Positions 27,646 to 36,947 of a stretch of DNA of 40,000 bases are shown piece by piece. Both the position numbers and the translations under genes were made by a program. Within the stretch, counting starts at the first letter, position 1. Each line of letters starts with the position of its first letter. Source of the stretch: Anabaena sp. CCY 9613 (GTDB lineage Bacteria > Cyanobacteriota > Cyanobacteriia > Cyanobacteriales > Nostocaceae); NCBI RefSeq assembly GCF_963920895.1, contig NZ_CAWUDE010000012.1:1-40000 (forward strand), given 5' to 3'. The notes beneath the pieces were generated by a model. The model was not told the DNA's origin, searched no databases, and worked only from the letters and a program-made list of their open reading frames with translations.

Positions 27646-28755
27646 TCAAGATTTATTTTTTATCTTTATTGCCTGGTGATAAACTTGGACTGTTTGCGCC
27701 GCAATATTTGTCCAATTTAAATCTTGCTGACAGCGTGCTAATGCCGCAGTTTGCATCTGCTGTTGTAAGTTGCGATCGCCTAATAACCGGATGATGGCAT
27801 CAGCTAAGGCTGTAACATCTTTGGGAGGAACTAGTAAACCATCTTTTTCATGGGCAACTATTTCTTGCAAACCCCCAATATCAGAAGCAATTATTGGTGT
27901 TCCCATGCCATAAGATAAAGTTGCTACGCCACTTTGTGAAGCTTCAATGTAGGGTAAAACGGAAACGGCACTACGTTGGAATAGCCCTGAAACCTTTTCT
28001 AAGGGTATGAAGTCATTTATCAGTTCGATGTGGCTGGTATCGTAACCATCGGGAAAATATTGCTGGATATTTTCTCCCCGTCCAGCAATAATCAATTTGA
28101 CTTCCGGAATTTTGGCAGCAACCAATGGTAGTGCTTCTAACAAGTAGTTTAATCCTTTATATGGCCAGATTCTGCCGAAGAATAATAATGTATAAGGGTC
28201 TCTTGGTAAACTGTGTTGCCCTGATCGACGTTGGTATAAACTGCCGAGTTCCCCATGTGGTAACACGTTAACTCGCTGTTGTGGTACCCGAAAATCTTGA
28301 ATCAGTGCTTGTTTTAAAGCTTCAGCATGAACGATAATTTGCTGAGAGCGATAAAATGCAATACGCCTAGTATATTCTGCACCGAATACAACTTGGCGAT
28401 CGCCTGGATGACGATATACATCATGAATCGTTGTTACCAATGGCGGCATTTGATTTAGCAGCAACGTCAAGTCATACCACGGATCGTTAGTTTCTTGTAC
28501 ATGTAACACATCTGGTTGCACATCTTTGATAATCCGCATCATGGCGCGCATAGATGACAAGTTGTGCGGATCACGCATCCGTGGCTTTTTAAAGCTGATG
28601 ACGCGAATACTGGGGTCGAGAACATCGCCACAGGTAGCGGCAACATTTTCTGGTTGAATTACTGTTAAATCAACGTACTTAACTAGACTATTGGCTAACT
28701 CAATAGTATAGTCTTCAAAGCAAAAATGTAGTAAAGCAACTTTTGTCACTCGCAT
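27646..28755 (-). CDS. Glycosyltransferase family 4
   Basis: 369 aa, ATG start. It has the GT-B C-terminal motif LPYIEASQSGVATLSYGMGTPIIASDIGGLQEIV. Confidence 0.88.
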   Translation of the reverse strand: MRVTKVALLHFCFEDYTIELANSLVKYVDLTVIQPENVAATCGDVLDPSIRVISFKKPRMRDPHNLSSMRAMMRIIKDVQPDVLHVQETNDPWYDLTLLLNQMPPLVTTIHDVYRHPGDRQVVFGAEYTRRIAFYRSQQIIVHAEALKQALIQDFRVPQQRVNVLPHGELGSLYQRRSGQHSLPRDPYTLLFFGRIWPYKGLNYLLEALPLVAAKIPEVKLIIAGRGENIQQYFPDGYDTSHIELINDFIPLEKVSGLFQRSAVSVLPYIEASQSGVATLSYGMGTPIIASDIGGLQEIVAHEKDGLLVPPKDVTALADAIIRLLGDRNLQQQMQTAALARCQQDLNWTNIAAQTVQVYHQAIKIKNKS

Positions 28756-28934
28756 TTCTCCATGTTTAGCACCTTGTCACAATTATTAAGGTCAATTTCT
28801 TCATTACCTAGTATGCTAAATATCAGTTAACAACTAACAACCCTTACTAGATAACCAAAGTTGTTTAAACTGCCAATCTTTGTTACTTAACTCATATTTC
28901 AGCATAACTAGTAATGAAGAAGGAGTAATTTTTA

Positions 28935-30140
28935 TTACTTTGATTCCTTAACTTTTTTTATTAAAAAAGGCTTGGATACTTTTTGTAGATTGGATTTTAA
29001 ATTAGCACGAGCAATTATATATTTGGTAGCTTGTACTAAATCGTCACGACCTATAGATGCAAACAAAGGTATCAGACTCTGATATTTTCCTTTTTCCAAC
29101 AGAGTTTTTGGATGTGCAAACTTTATCAGCCTTTCTTTCGTAAGCTCCTTGACAGGAAAAATATTCGTTTTGTCTAATACATCTAACGCCGCAAGGTGTG
29201 CCATTGTTATTGTACATTTATGACAAATACCACAGTTTAAATAACCAGTGGGTAAAACTAATTCATCACAAACTCTAAGGTTTTGGAACGCGACATCCCA
29301 ACCCACTACTAATTTAGTTTTATCTAACCTGGATAAATGCACGCTATCATACTTAACACGCAAATCATAACTGCTGTAATTGGGATCTGTTAAAGGATGT
29401 GAACCCCAAGGCTCGATATGCTTTATTTCACTAGTAGAGGCTACATACACTAAATTCAATCGGTTGACAAAAGCATGTGCAATAGCTGATAAGGCAGAGC
29501 CACCAAAATAGTATTTCCAGAAATTGTAATTGCTATCTTCTAAGTCTTTTACATGTCTATATATATTGGTATAAACTGGAATTAAGTTTATTCCGGCATC
29601 TTTAGTTACTGGTAATAGTGAAATAAAAGCTTTCTCAAATGCTTCTAAAGTAGTATTTGCTATCCCGTAAACTATAAAACCATCTTTAATTGAAGCTGGA
29701 TGATCTTGTCCAAAGTTAAGACGGTTATTTCGCAAAGTGGCAAAGGTATCTACGCCACCTGAAAAAAACATCCCCGCCCTTTGAGGTCTAACTGTGTTTG
29801 ATGTCTTAAAATTAGTTTTTGCCTCTATTTGCACAATATCACGATCTAATTTGTACCAAGATCTCATCCAATGCATTGACGTAATTAAACCATCACGCAA
29901 TTCTGGACAAATTTCTGCTTCTTCTGTATCTATAAAAATTCTTGTTTCCCCATAGTGAAAAGCTAGCATGGTACAAGCTATGAGAAAAGTATTGGGGTTG
30001 CAGGATAAGTCATTGGCAAATTCTTTAGTAGTAGCAACGTAGATTTCTTGAGAGGGTCGATCCCGATCTTCCCAAACTACAGTCGCTGCGACTCTGGTCA
30101 AATTTTCTTTTTCATACTTTGTAAAGTTACTAATCTTCAT
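28935..30140 (-). CDS. Uncharacterised protein with a PP-loop-like (SGGxDT) nucleotide-binding signature and a C-terminal Cys cluster
   Basis: 401 aa. The ATG overlaps the stop of the flippase gene (ATGA at 30137-30140). Residues 122-136 read AGMFFSGGVDTFATL (nt 29745-29762 encode SGGVDT), and NCGICHKC lies near residue 305. I recognise no named family, so the function is inferred only. Confidence 0.6.
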   Translation of the reverse strand: MKISNFTKYEKENLTRVAATVVWEDRDRPSQEIYVATTKEFANDLSCNPNTFLIACTMLAFHYGETRIFIDTEEAEICPELRDGLITSMHWMRSWYKLDRDIVQIEAKTNFKTSNTVRPQRAGMFFSGGVDTFATLRNNRLNFGQDHPASIKDGFIVYGIANTTLEAFEKAFISLLPVTKDAGINLIPVYTNIYRHVKDLEDSNYNFWKYYFGGSALSAIAHAFVNRLNLVYVASTSEIKHIEPWGSHPLTDPNYSSYDLRVKYDSVHLSRLDKTKLVVGWDVAFQNLRVCDELVLPTGYLNCGICHKCTITMAHLAALDVLDKTNIFPVKELTKERLIKFAHPKTLLEKGKYQSLIPLFASIGRDDLVQATKYIIARANLKSNLQKVSKPFLIKKVKESK

Positions 30141-31585
30141 GTTTCTCCTTCACTTTTTTTAAAAAATTTTGCCCACAGAACATTGACACCGCCTAATGTA
30201 TTGACCGCTAAAAAACTAGCTATCAAAGCATAGGCACAAATTGACACAATCAAAACTACCACAAAATCAAGTTGATATCTTTGTAGTAACAAGAATACTA
30301 ATGCCATGCTCACGCCAATTACCAATGGACGATACATTATTCTCCATATATTCAATGAAAATAACCGACTGTACACACCATACATAAGTATGCTAAAAGC
30401 CGTTAAACTCATTGACAAATACATAAAAGCTGCACCCATTAACTGAAATTGTGAAATTAATACTACACCTGCTATATTTCCCACGGCATTGGTAATAATC
30501 ACTTCTTTCAGGTTATATCTCTCTAATCCATTAGATAAAAGCAGATAACCTAATGTGCGGACAAATGGACTAGCCAGTACGGCTAATGCAGTCAATTTAA
30601 GCACTAAATCTACTTGATTAAAATCAGAATTTTTATAAATAAATGTTATTAAATCATTACCAATAAAGTGTATACCAATCACAAATGGTAAGGCTATACA
30701 CATCAGCATTGTAATAATATTTTCTGTGACTTGCGCCTGTTTCTTTTTGCCACTATTTACGGCTTTTGTCATCCCTGGAAAAGCAGCAAGACTGACACTC
30801 TGAATAATCATCGTAATGGGTTGCATTAATTGGAGAACAGCACCAAAAAGACCAACCATGACTTCACTCCCCAAGAGTGAGATAATGAGAATACTTGTTT
30901 TACTAGTGATTATTCCTACTGCATCAATAGCAAAAAATGTCCGAGCAGATTTTAATAATTGCCGGATAAAACCTTGCTTAATCTCCCATCTCGGTCTAAT
31001 CATGCTGGTGAGCATGACCCATTGAATAATAAAAACTATTACTTCGGAAACAACAAATATTCCCGCTATATAATTGACCCCATAATTTAGTTCTTGCATA
31101 CACCATATCATTACTACTAAACGTAGAATGTAAACTGGCACCGTTGAGACAGCTATCAAAGTCATTTTTTCTTGAGCTTGAAAAATTGCCTCCGTTATAT
31201 TAGAAAGTGAAAAAGGAATAATTGCTAGACCCATGATGTAGCAAACCATTGAGGTCTCAGGATTGTAGGGCAATAAAAACACCAATATAATCATTGCTCC
31301 ATAACCAAGGACACTCAAAAGTATTTGCAAGAAAGTGCCATTGACTAGATACACGGGTATTTCTTCGGGATTGCGAGAAAGTTCTCGTGTAAATAAGGTT
31401 TTTAATCCCTGTGACGCAATACTCGCAAACACAAAATAGTAGCTGAATGCTAGTAAATATTGACCTAATTCATAAGCACCTAAATTACGGGCTATGGCTG
31501 CTGTTAACACAAAAGTAGCGATACTTTGTATTAAACGAGTAACTAATAATGATAGAGAATTTGTAATTAAGGTGCGTTTTTCCAT
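30137..31585 (-). CDS. wzx: Wzx-type oligosaccharide flippase (MOP/polysaccharide-biosynthesis family)
   Basis: 482 aa, ATG start, with about 12-14 hydrophobic helices. The N-terminus LLVTRLIQSIATFVLTAAIARNLGAYELGQY is typical of PST/Wzx proteins. Confidence 0.85.
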   Translation of the reverse strand: MEKRTLITNSLSLLVTRLIQSIATFVLTAAIARNLGAYELGQYLLAFSYYFVFASIASQGLKTLFTRELSRNPEEIPVYLVNGTFLQILLSVLGYGAMIILVFLLPYNPETSMVCYIMGLAIIPFSLSNITEAIFQAQEKMTLIAVSTVPVYILRLVVMIWCMQELNYGVNYIAGIFVVSEVIVFIIQWVMLTSMIRPRWEIKQGFIRQLLKSARTFFAIDAVGIITSKTSILIISLLGSEVMVGLFGAVLQLMQPITMIIQSVSLAAFPGMTKAVNSGKKKQAQVTENIITMLMCIALPFVIGIHFIGNDLITFIYKNSDFNQVDLVLKLTALAVLASPFVRTLGYLLLSNGLERYNLKEVIITNAVGNIAGVVLISQFQLMGAAFMYLSMSLTAFSILMYGVYSRLFSLNIWRIMYRPLVIGVSMALVFLLLQRYQLDFVVVLIVSICAYALIASFLAVNTLGGVNVLWAKFFKKSEGET

Positions 31586-31678
31586 ATTTTTTATAGTAAA
31601 TATTTTTATAATTTTTAGCAGATAATATATATTATCTGCTATGCTTGGGTGTTTTATTTATTTTTTATAGTTTTCACT

Positions 31679-32707
31679 TTAAATCTTTAAAATCTTTTGG
31701 TCTTTACTACGATAAAACATGTCGTATGCTGCTGTATTGCCAAAAATGTAACGCTGTATGCGACGATTTGTAATACCAGGAAATTGGATAGAGAAATGCC
31801 AGAAAAAGTAAGGATTACGTACCATTTCTATCACACATCTAAACCATTGTCGTTGCTTTAATGAGTCTACAACACGGTAATAAGCTAAATTTTTTTTAAA
31901 GACAGTAAGATTTTTAGATAAAGCATAAGCTACTTCAGGTTTTTGCCTCAAACAGTCTTCTTGATCGATAAAAGCTACAGTTGCTTGACAATCTTGTTCG
32001 AGACGCTTGACTTTAGATGAATAAACTAGAGAACCGGGACGAGAACGATAATAATAATAAGGTTTTGGTAGAAGAAAAAATCTCGCTCCTCTTATCAAAC
32101 ATTTCAGGGCTAACCAAAAATCTTCGCTCACCTTCATTAAGGGATCATATTTAATGTCATGTTTCAACATAAAATCTCGCCGGAATAAAGGCTTTGATAA
32201 GCCAAGGTGTAGCCCTTGTTGTCCATACACATCTGTTTCCACAAAATATTGCGGATCAATTTGCTTGATTTCTGCAACAACTTCCCCGCTTTCGTTAATT
32301 AGTGTACTCCAGGGAGCATCTTCACCGTCTCTAATCAAAAATAAATCATCAGCAATTATATCTGCATTTTGTGCGTGTGGTAACTGTAGAAGTTTTTCTA
32401 GTCTTTCCGGAGCATACCAGTCATCGGAGTCTAAAACAGCAATCCATCTGCCTTTGGCTTCCTTCAAGGCCCGATTACGTGTAGCAGCCACTCCCAGATT
32501 TTGAGGATTTACAAAAACTTTTAGTCGTTCATCTGTAAAGCTTCTAGCTACTTCGGGTGTCCCATCAGTGGAGGCATCATCTACTACAATTACCTCAATA
32601 TTTTTCAAAGTTTGCTCCAAGGCCGACTCAATTGTTTGGGAAATGTAGCCTGCGGTATTATAGGCAGGAATAATGACCGATACTTCTGGATTCATGTTGA
32701 TAGTCAT
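31679..32707 (-). CDS. Glycosyltransferase family 2
   Basis: 342 aa with VSVIIPAYNTAGYISQTIESALEQTLKNIEVIVVDDASTDGT and the DxD motif LDSDD. An alternative ATG lies at 32695. Confidence 0.9.
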   Translation of the reverse strand: MTINMNPEVSVIIPAYNTAGYISQTIESALEQTLKNIEVIVVDDASTDGTPEVARSFTDERLKVFVNPQNLGVAATRNRALKEAKGRWIAVLDSDDWYAPERLEKLLQLPHAQNADIIADDLFLIRDGEDAPWSTLINESGEVVAEIKQIDPQYFVETDVYGQQGLHLGLSKPLFRRDFMLKHDIKYDPLMKVSEDFWLALKCLIRGARFFLLPKPYYYYRSRPGSLVYSSKVKRLEQDCQATVAFIDQEDCLRQKPEVAYALSKNLTVFKKNLAYYRVVDSLKQRQWFRCVIEMVRNPYFFWHFSIQFPGITNRRIQRYIFGNTAAYDMFYRSKDQKILKI

Positions 32708-32895
32708 CGATGAGAAATTCTCAGGTGTATTTACTAGTTGATTGGGTTATGCCAAATATGAGGATAGTCAGTTTTTACAGGCTGTTATCAATTATCTTTT
32801 GAGAAGTATTGTTAGCAAGCCTTCTACTTGAAGCCCATATTTGGTGTTTTTTGTCAAGGTGTAATTCCTAAGAATCTGGAAATACTAGGACTGTT

Positions 32896-34572
32896 TTAAG
32901 CCTCAACGGTGGCGTTAGTCACTGGGAGTCTTACTAGTGGGCTGCCTTCAAAATAGTTGGGAATGGGCGCCCCCATTAATTCTAAAATTGTGGCTGACAC
33001 ATCTACTGCTTCGGCGTTAGGCAAATCAGAACCTGGTTGGATATCAGGCCCCTTTGCCAAAACAAATCCTCTGTTCCAGTGACCACCTGCGCGGAAGTGA
33101 GTTAGGGGGCCAATGCGTCCAAAGTCGGGACTATCTACGACATCAGTCATGCTCTCATGCCATAAAACAGCCAAGTCAAAATCTGGCAGATGAGGATCGT
33201 TATCTAGAGGATTTTCTCTTGTCCGCACAACTTCTTTAACTATGGGTTCTCCAGTTCTGCCATCTTTGAGACGACATAGCACTTCGGCAATTTCATCACA
33301 GAGGGAATGATATTCAGCAGCGGTGACTACACCATGAGGATCTCTGCCTTGAAGATTGATGCGAATATGTCCATTGGTGAAAGAAGGTATACCAAAAGCT
33401 TTCATTTTTGTCCACAGAGGTTGATACCAACGTGCAGGCATCCAACCCATAGGCACCGATTGTTCCATCAATGGGTAAGGAGAAGCTAAACCGTTTTGGT
33501 TAGCATGTAAGAACTTACTAGGTGTCCAGGGTTTGAGGAAGCGTTTAATGGGATTTGGCTCATAATTTTTTACCCAAACTTCTCCAGGCCAAGAGTTCCG
33601 CAGGGGTTTACTGACTGTTGGTGGTAGAGGATCTCCTACTTTACCAGGTGCGATCGCAACTTGTTCGGGAAAGTTAAATCGATACAAAACTTCGGGCAAA
33701 AAGACCATACTCAGCATATCGCTGTAGTTAGGCCCCATACCATGAAGTGAAAAACATACTACATAAGCATCTTCGGGAGCTTCAGCTAATATTGTGCCGA
33801 TGGCCCTATCGATATTTTCATAGGTTTCAAATAATATATCAGGAGTGCCAGTTTTACTCAGGTCGGAATGTAGGGGATGATCTGGTTGGCTATAGTTATA
33901 TATGTCATGACCAGCAGTGTGTGGCTCACCAAATACTGCTAAGAATAAATCCCAAGGTTCTTTTTTTAATAAGTCACAGCAGATTTTAGTACGACTGTCA
34001 ATACTTTCTTTAAGTGCTTGCTGCAACCATTTGACGTAATCTTTATCCCACCAAATACCATCATCATTGAAGAGAATGGGATTTTTGCCATATTGATTAA
34101 TAATTTCCGAATAGACTTCAGGGGGATGAGAATGACTAGGTGTATAAGGAAAATGTCCTCCCCATCCTAAAATTTGGGTGCCGTTGACTTCATCAGAAAG
34201 CCTAGTTACAGGTAAATCAAAAATAGCGACTTTGTATTTGTCTCCTAAGGCATAAAATGGGGAATATTCTTGATAATCATAGCCACTTAGAGCTAGATCA
34301 CATTCCATATCATACTTTTTGTCATCATACCTAAAGGAGTCCCAATAGCCTGTTTTATGAGGCTTACAACCAGTAGAAAATGCAGACCACAATGGCTCGG
34401 TTACAGCAAATTCGGTTGTTTTACCGCAGTATTCGACTGTATTCTTAATCCGACCATAGGTTCCTTGCTGACGCAGTTTAGCAATATTTTTGAGGTGCCC
34501 TTGTGACATCCATTTTTCTAGTAATACTGGATCTGCTGCATCTAAACCAATGGCAATTACAGGTTTTTTCAT
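32896..34572 (-). CDS. Alkaline-phosphatase-superfamily enzyme (type I phosphodiesterase/nucleotide pyrophosphatase-like), no signal peptide
   Basis: 558 aa. The N-terminus KPVIAIGLDAADPVLLEKWMSQGHLKNIAKL, followed by VTEPLWSAFSTGCKPHKTG, fits the metal-ligand Asp plus Thr-nucleophile layout of NPP/AP-family proteins. Later HG/GGH motifs (FSLHGMG, RAGGHW) fit the second metal site. Confidence 0.75.
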   Translation of the reverse strand: MKKPVIAIGLDAADPVLLEKWMSQGHLKNIAKLRQQGTYGRIKNTVEYCGKTTEFAVTEPLWSAFSTGCKPHKTGYWDSFRYDDKKYDMECDLALSGYDYQEYSPFYALGDKYKVAIFDLPVTRLSDEVNGTQILGWGGHFPYTPSHSHPPEVYSEIINQYGKNPILFNDDGIWWDKDYVKWLQQALKESIDSRTKICCDLLKKEPWDLFLAVFGEPHTAGHDIYNYSQPDHPLHSDLSKTGTPDILFETYENIDRAIGTILAEAPEDAYVVCFSLHGMGPNYSDMLSMVFLPEVLYRFNFPEQVAIAPGKVGDPLPPTVSKPLRNSWPGEVWVKNYEPNPIKRFLKPWTPSKFLHANQNGLASPYPLMEQSVPMGWMPARWYQPLWTKMKAFGIPSFTNGHIRINLQGRDPHGVVTAAEYHSLCDEIAEVLCRLKDGRTGEPIVKEVVRTRENPLDNDPHLPDFDLAVLWHESMTDVVDSPDFGRIGPLTHFRAGGHWNRGFVLAKGPDIQPGSDLPNAEAVDVSATILELMGAPIPNYFEGSPLVRLPVTNATVEA

Positions 34573-34638
34573 CTTCCTTCAAATTTCTTGTACTTGTAAA
34601 TAACTGACGTAGTTAAGATGGTTTTTTGTGCCTGATAC

Positions 34639-36093
34639 TTAGTAAGCACCTTCTTTTTTTAAAACAACCTTGACTGTTTTCATCAAAATTTCAAAATCTA
34701 ACTGCAACGACCAATTCTCGATGTAGCTTAGATCAAGATTGATTACTTGTTCAAAATCGATAATATTGGAGCGTCCGGAAACTTGCCACAGACCTGTAAC
34801 ACCAGGTAAAACTTCATGTCGGATAAAGTGGTGTTCAGCAAACTTGTTGACATCTCTGGTTGGCAAGGGACGAGGGCCAACTAAACTCATTTCTCCCAAC
34901 ATCACGTTAAATAGTTGAGGTAGTTCATCTAAGCTATAACGACGGAGAAACTTACCTACACGAGTAATCCGAGGATCATCTTTAATTTTGAAGATGATAC
35001 CGTCTTTGGTTTCGTTTAAAGCTTCTAGTTCTTTTTGGAGTTTGTCCGCATCTGGTCTCATGGTACGGAATTTCCATACTTTAAACTCTTGACCACGCAG
35101 ACCTATGCGAGTTTGTTTGTAAAAGACTGGGCCTGGAGAATCTAGTTTGATAGCTATAGCAATGGCGGCATAAACAGGAAAGGTGAACATGAGAAATAAG
35201 CTAGTGAAGCAAAAGTCAAAACACCGCTTAAGCCAAAAATCCTTACCTGTAAGTACTGGGCAATCAAAACTCAGACAAGTCATTCCTCCGATGTTTTGCA
35301 ATTCGACTTGTCTGTGAATTGGCTTTAGCCCCATTGGGAGAAGATGTACAGTGATGCCAGATGCTTGAAATAACCAGCAAACAAACATACGATTCTTAAT
35401 GGCATCCCACGTAATAAAAACTTCTGTAACCCCCAATCTCTTCAGTTTGTCTAAAGTCTCTTGACGGCGATACCTGTCTAAACATTGAGAATCTTCGAGT
35501 CCACGGATAACGTAACGCTTTTCCTTTTGCACAAAGTTAAGGAATTGCTCGCTATTTTCAGCATCACCAATAATAAAAACAGAATTACACCCGAAGATTT
35601 TTTGCTTACGAAGATATTCAAGATTAAAATTGACAAATAATCTCCCAGCACAAACCAAAGTTGTACTCATCAATCCAGATAAGATAAATGTAGAGCGGGG
35701 AAGATCTAAAATAGGTTGATATAAAAAACAAACAAGTAGTATTAACCCGTGGGCAAAAGTCAATGTTTTGATAATCCCTAGATAATCACATCGCTTTTTA
35801 CCTGATTGATAAATACCTTGGAGAGCTAGTGCGGCTATTTGAATCACAACTAGCAAGGGTATATAAGTGATTTGTGTATTCCAAAGAGGATCTACAGATG
35901 CAGCATGATGTAGAGCTAATACCCAAGCAAGAGTCAGAAGACTAGCGTCTGCTGCAATCAGTGTGATTAATCGTAGCCACCATGACCCCTTTCTGAGTCT
36001 AGAAAATGCAGGCGCACGTAAATCAAATACAGGCGTACGTAAGTCGAGAGCAACTTCGCTTAATTGATTAGTTGTCAGAGTTTTGTTTGTCAT
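34639..36093 (-). CDS. Priming polyprenyl-phosphate glycosyl-1-phosphate transferase (WbaP/EpsL-like bacterial sugar transferase)
   Basis: It has N-terminal TM helices, a central Rossmann-like region, and a C-terminal catalytic domain with KVWKFRTM, DPRITRVGKFLRRYSLDELPQLFNV and SLVGPRP. The track start is TTG 36114, and the ATG at 36093 is preferred. Confidence 0.9.
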   Translation of the reverse strand: MTNKTLTTNQLSEVALDLRTPVFDLRAPAFSRLRKGSWWLRLITLIAADASLLTLAWVLALHHAASVDPLWNTQITYIPLLVVIQIAALALQGIYQSGKKRCDYLGIIKTLTFAHGLILLVCFLYQPILDLPRSTFILSGLMSTTLVCAGRLFVNFNLEYLRKQKIFGCNSVFIIGDAENSEQFLNFVQKEKRYVIRGLEDSQCLDRYRRQETLDKLKRLGVTEVFITWDAIKNRMFVCWLFQASGITVHLLPMGLKPIHRQVELQNIGGMTCLSFDCPVLTGKDFWLKRCFDFCFTSLFLMFTFPVYAAIAIAIKLDSPGPVFYKQTRIGLRGQEFKVWKFRTMRPDADKLQKELEALNETKDGIIFKIKDDPRITRVGKFLRRYSLDELPQLFNVMLGEMSLVGPRPLPTRDVNKFAEHHFIRHEVLPGVTGLWQVSGRSNIIDFEQVINLDLSYIENWSLQLDFEILMKTVKVVLKKEGAY

Positions 36094-36576
36094 GTTCAGG
36101 AACACCTGGTGCAATAGTAAATTGAAAAAAGATTATGTTGATAAATATTTGATTTTCTGTTCACAATACACCCCCAATTCACGAAATAACGTCACTTCTT
36201 CCGTTAATTATTCTCACGTGTTTAGAACCAATGAGCATAGCTAACAACGAAACTAGCGGTTGAGGAAAGGCTTAATTTACCTTAGTCAACATGCTGTGAA
36301 CAGTAAACACATAAATTTAATCGAGGGCATGTTTTTATAATCCACTGTGTTTTCAAGTGGGTATGCTTACGCGTGTTATCTCTGCACACGAGTCCCAAGA
36401 AGTTGCTTCTGAGAATGTGATGTTAGTATGGTGTTGGTTATTCTAAGTAATATTGAGTAAGTATTTATTAAATTACATAATATTACCCGTTCGGTAAATA
36501 TAGTAGTATTTCTGAGTTTAAAAGTCACTTAGCGGTTCAAGTCTTTACTAAATATTTATATCCTTAGAGAGACTCG

Positions 36577-36616
36577 TATATAGAGAAAGGTATTTTTTTA
36601 TATCGAGAAAGGTATT
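36577..36616. repeat. Two 18-bp direct repeats, 22 bp start to start
   Basis: TATATAGAGAAAGGTATT (36577-36594) and TATATCGAGAAAGGTATT (36599-36616) match at 17 of 18 positions. They lie about 490 bp upstream of the priming-transferase start. Confidence 0.85.
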
Positions 36617-36759
36617 CTTTGCAGATGAGTGGCTGAAAATTTCAACATTTTAGTAATAATCAACAAATTTTAGTTATTTCAGCCACAATACTTGAATGTT
36701 TGACTCTGGAGTGCTAAAAACAAGGTGTTCCTTATCCATAAAAAACATCTAAAATACTA

Positions 36760-36787
36760 TTTTCATAGTACATTTGTACCATGAAAA
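36760..36787. repeat. 28-bp near-perfect palindrome, possible operator
   Basis: TTTTCATAGTAC-ATTT-GTACCATGAAAA. The 12-nt arms match at 11 of 12 positions. Confidence 0.85.
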
Positions 36788-36947
36788 TATATAGCATAAT
36801 TACTTATACTTAATTTAAACAGCTTTACAAGAACTTCATTCACATAACATACTTAGTAAGTATTGCGGATAGGCCCAAAATGGTGTATGTAAACGTGTAG
36901 AGGGAGGTAAGGGAGAAATTTGTGGAAAATTTCTCCTTTGCCCTTCT

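Noticed and set aside
32896-34572. Whether the AP-superfamily protein is a PglZ-type component of a BREX-like defence system
   Set aside because: No other BREX/DISARM hallmark genes (methyltransferase, PglX, BrxC ATPase, Lon-like BrxL) are present. The gene sits inside a co-oriented glycosyltransferase/flippase operon, so a polysaccharide-related role is far more parsimonious.
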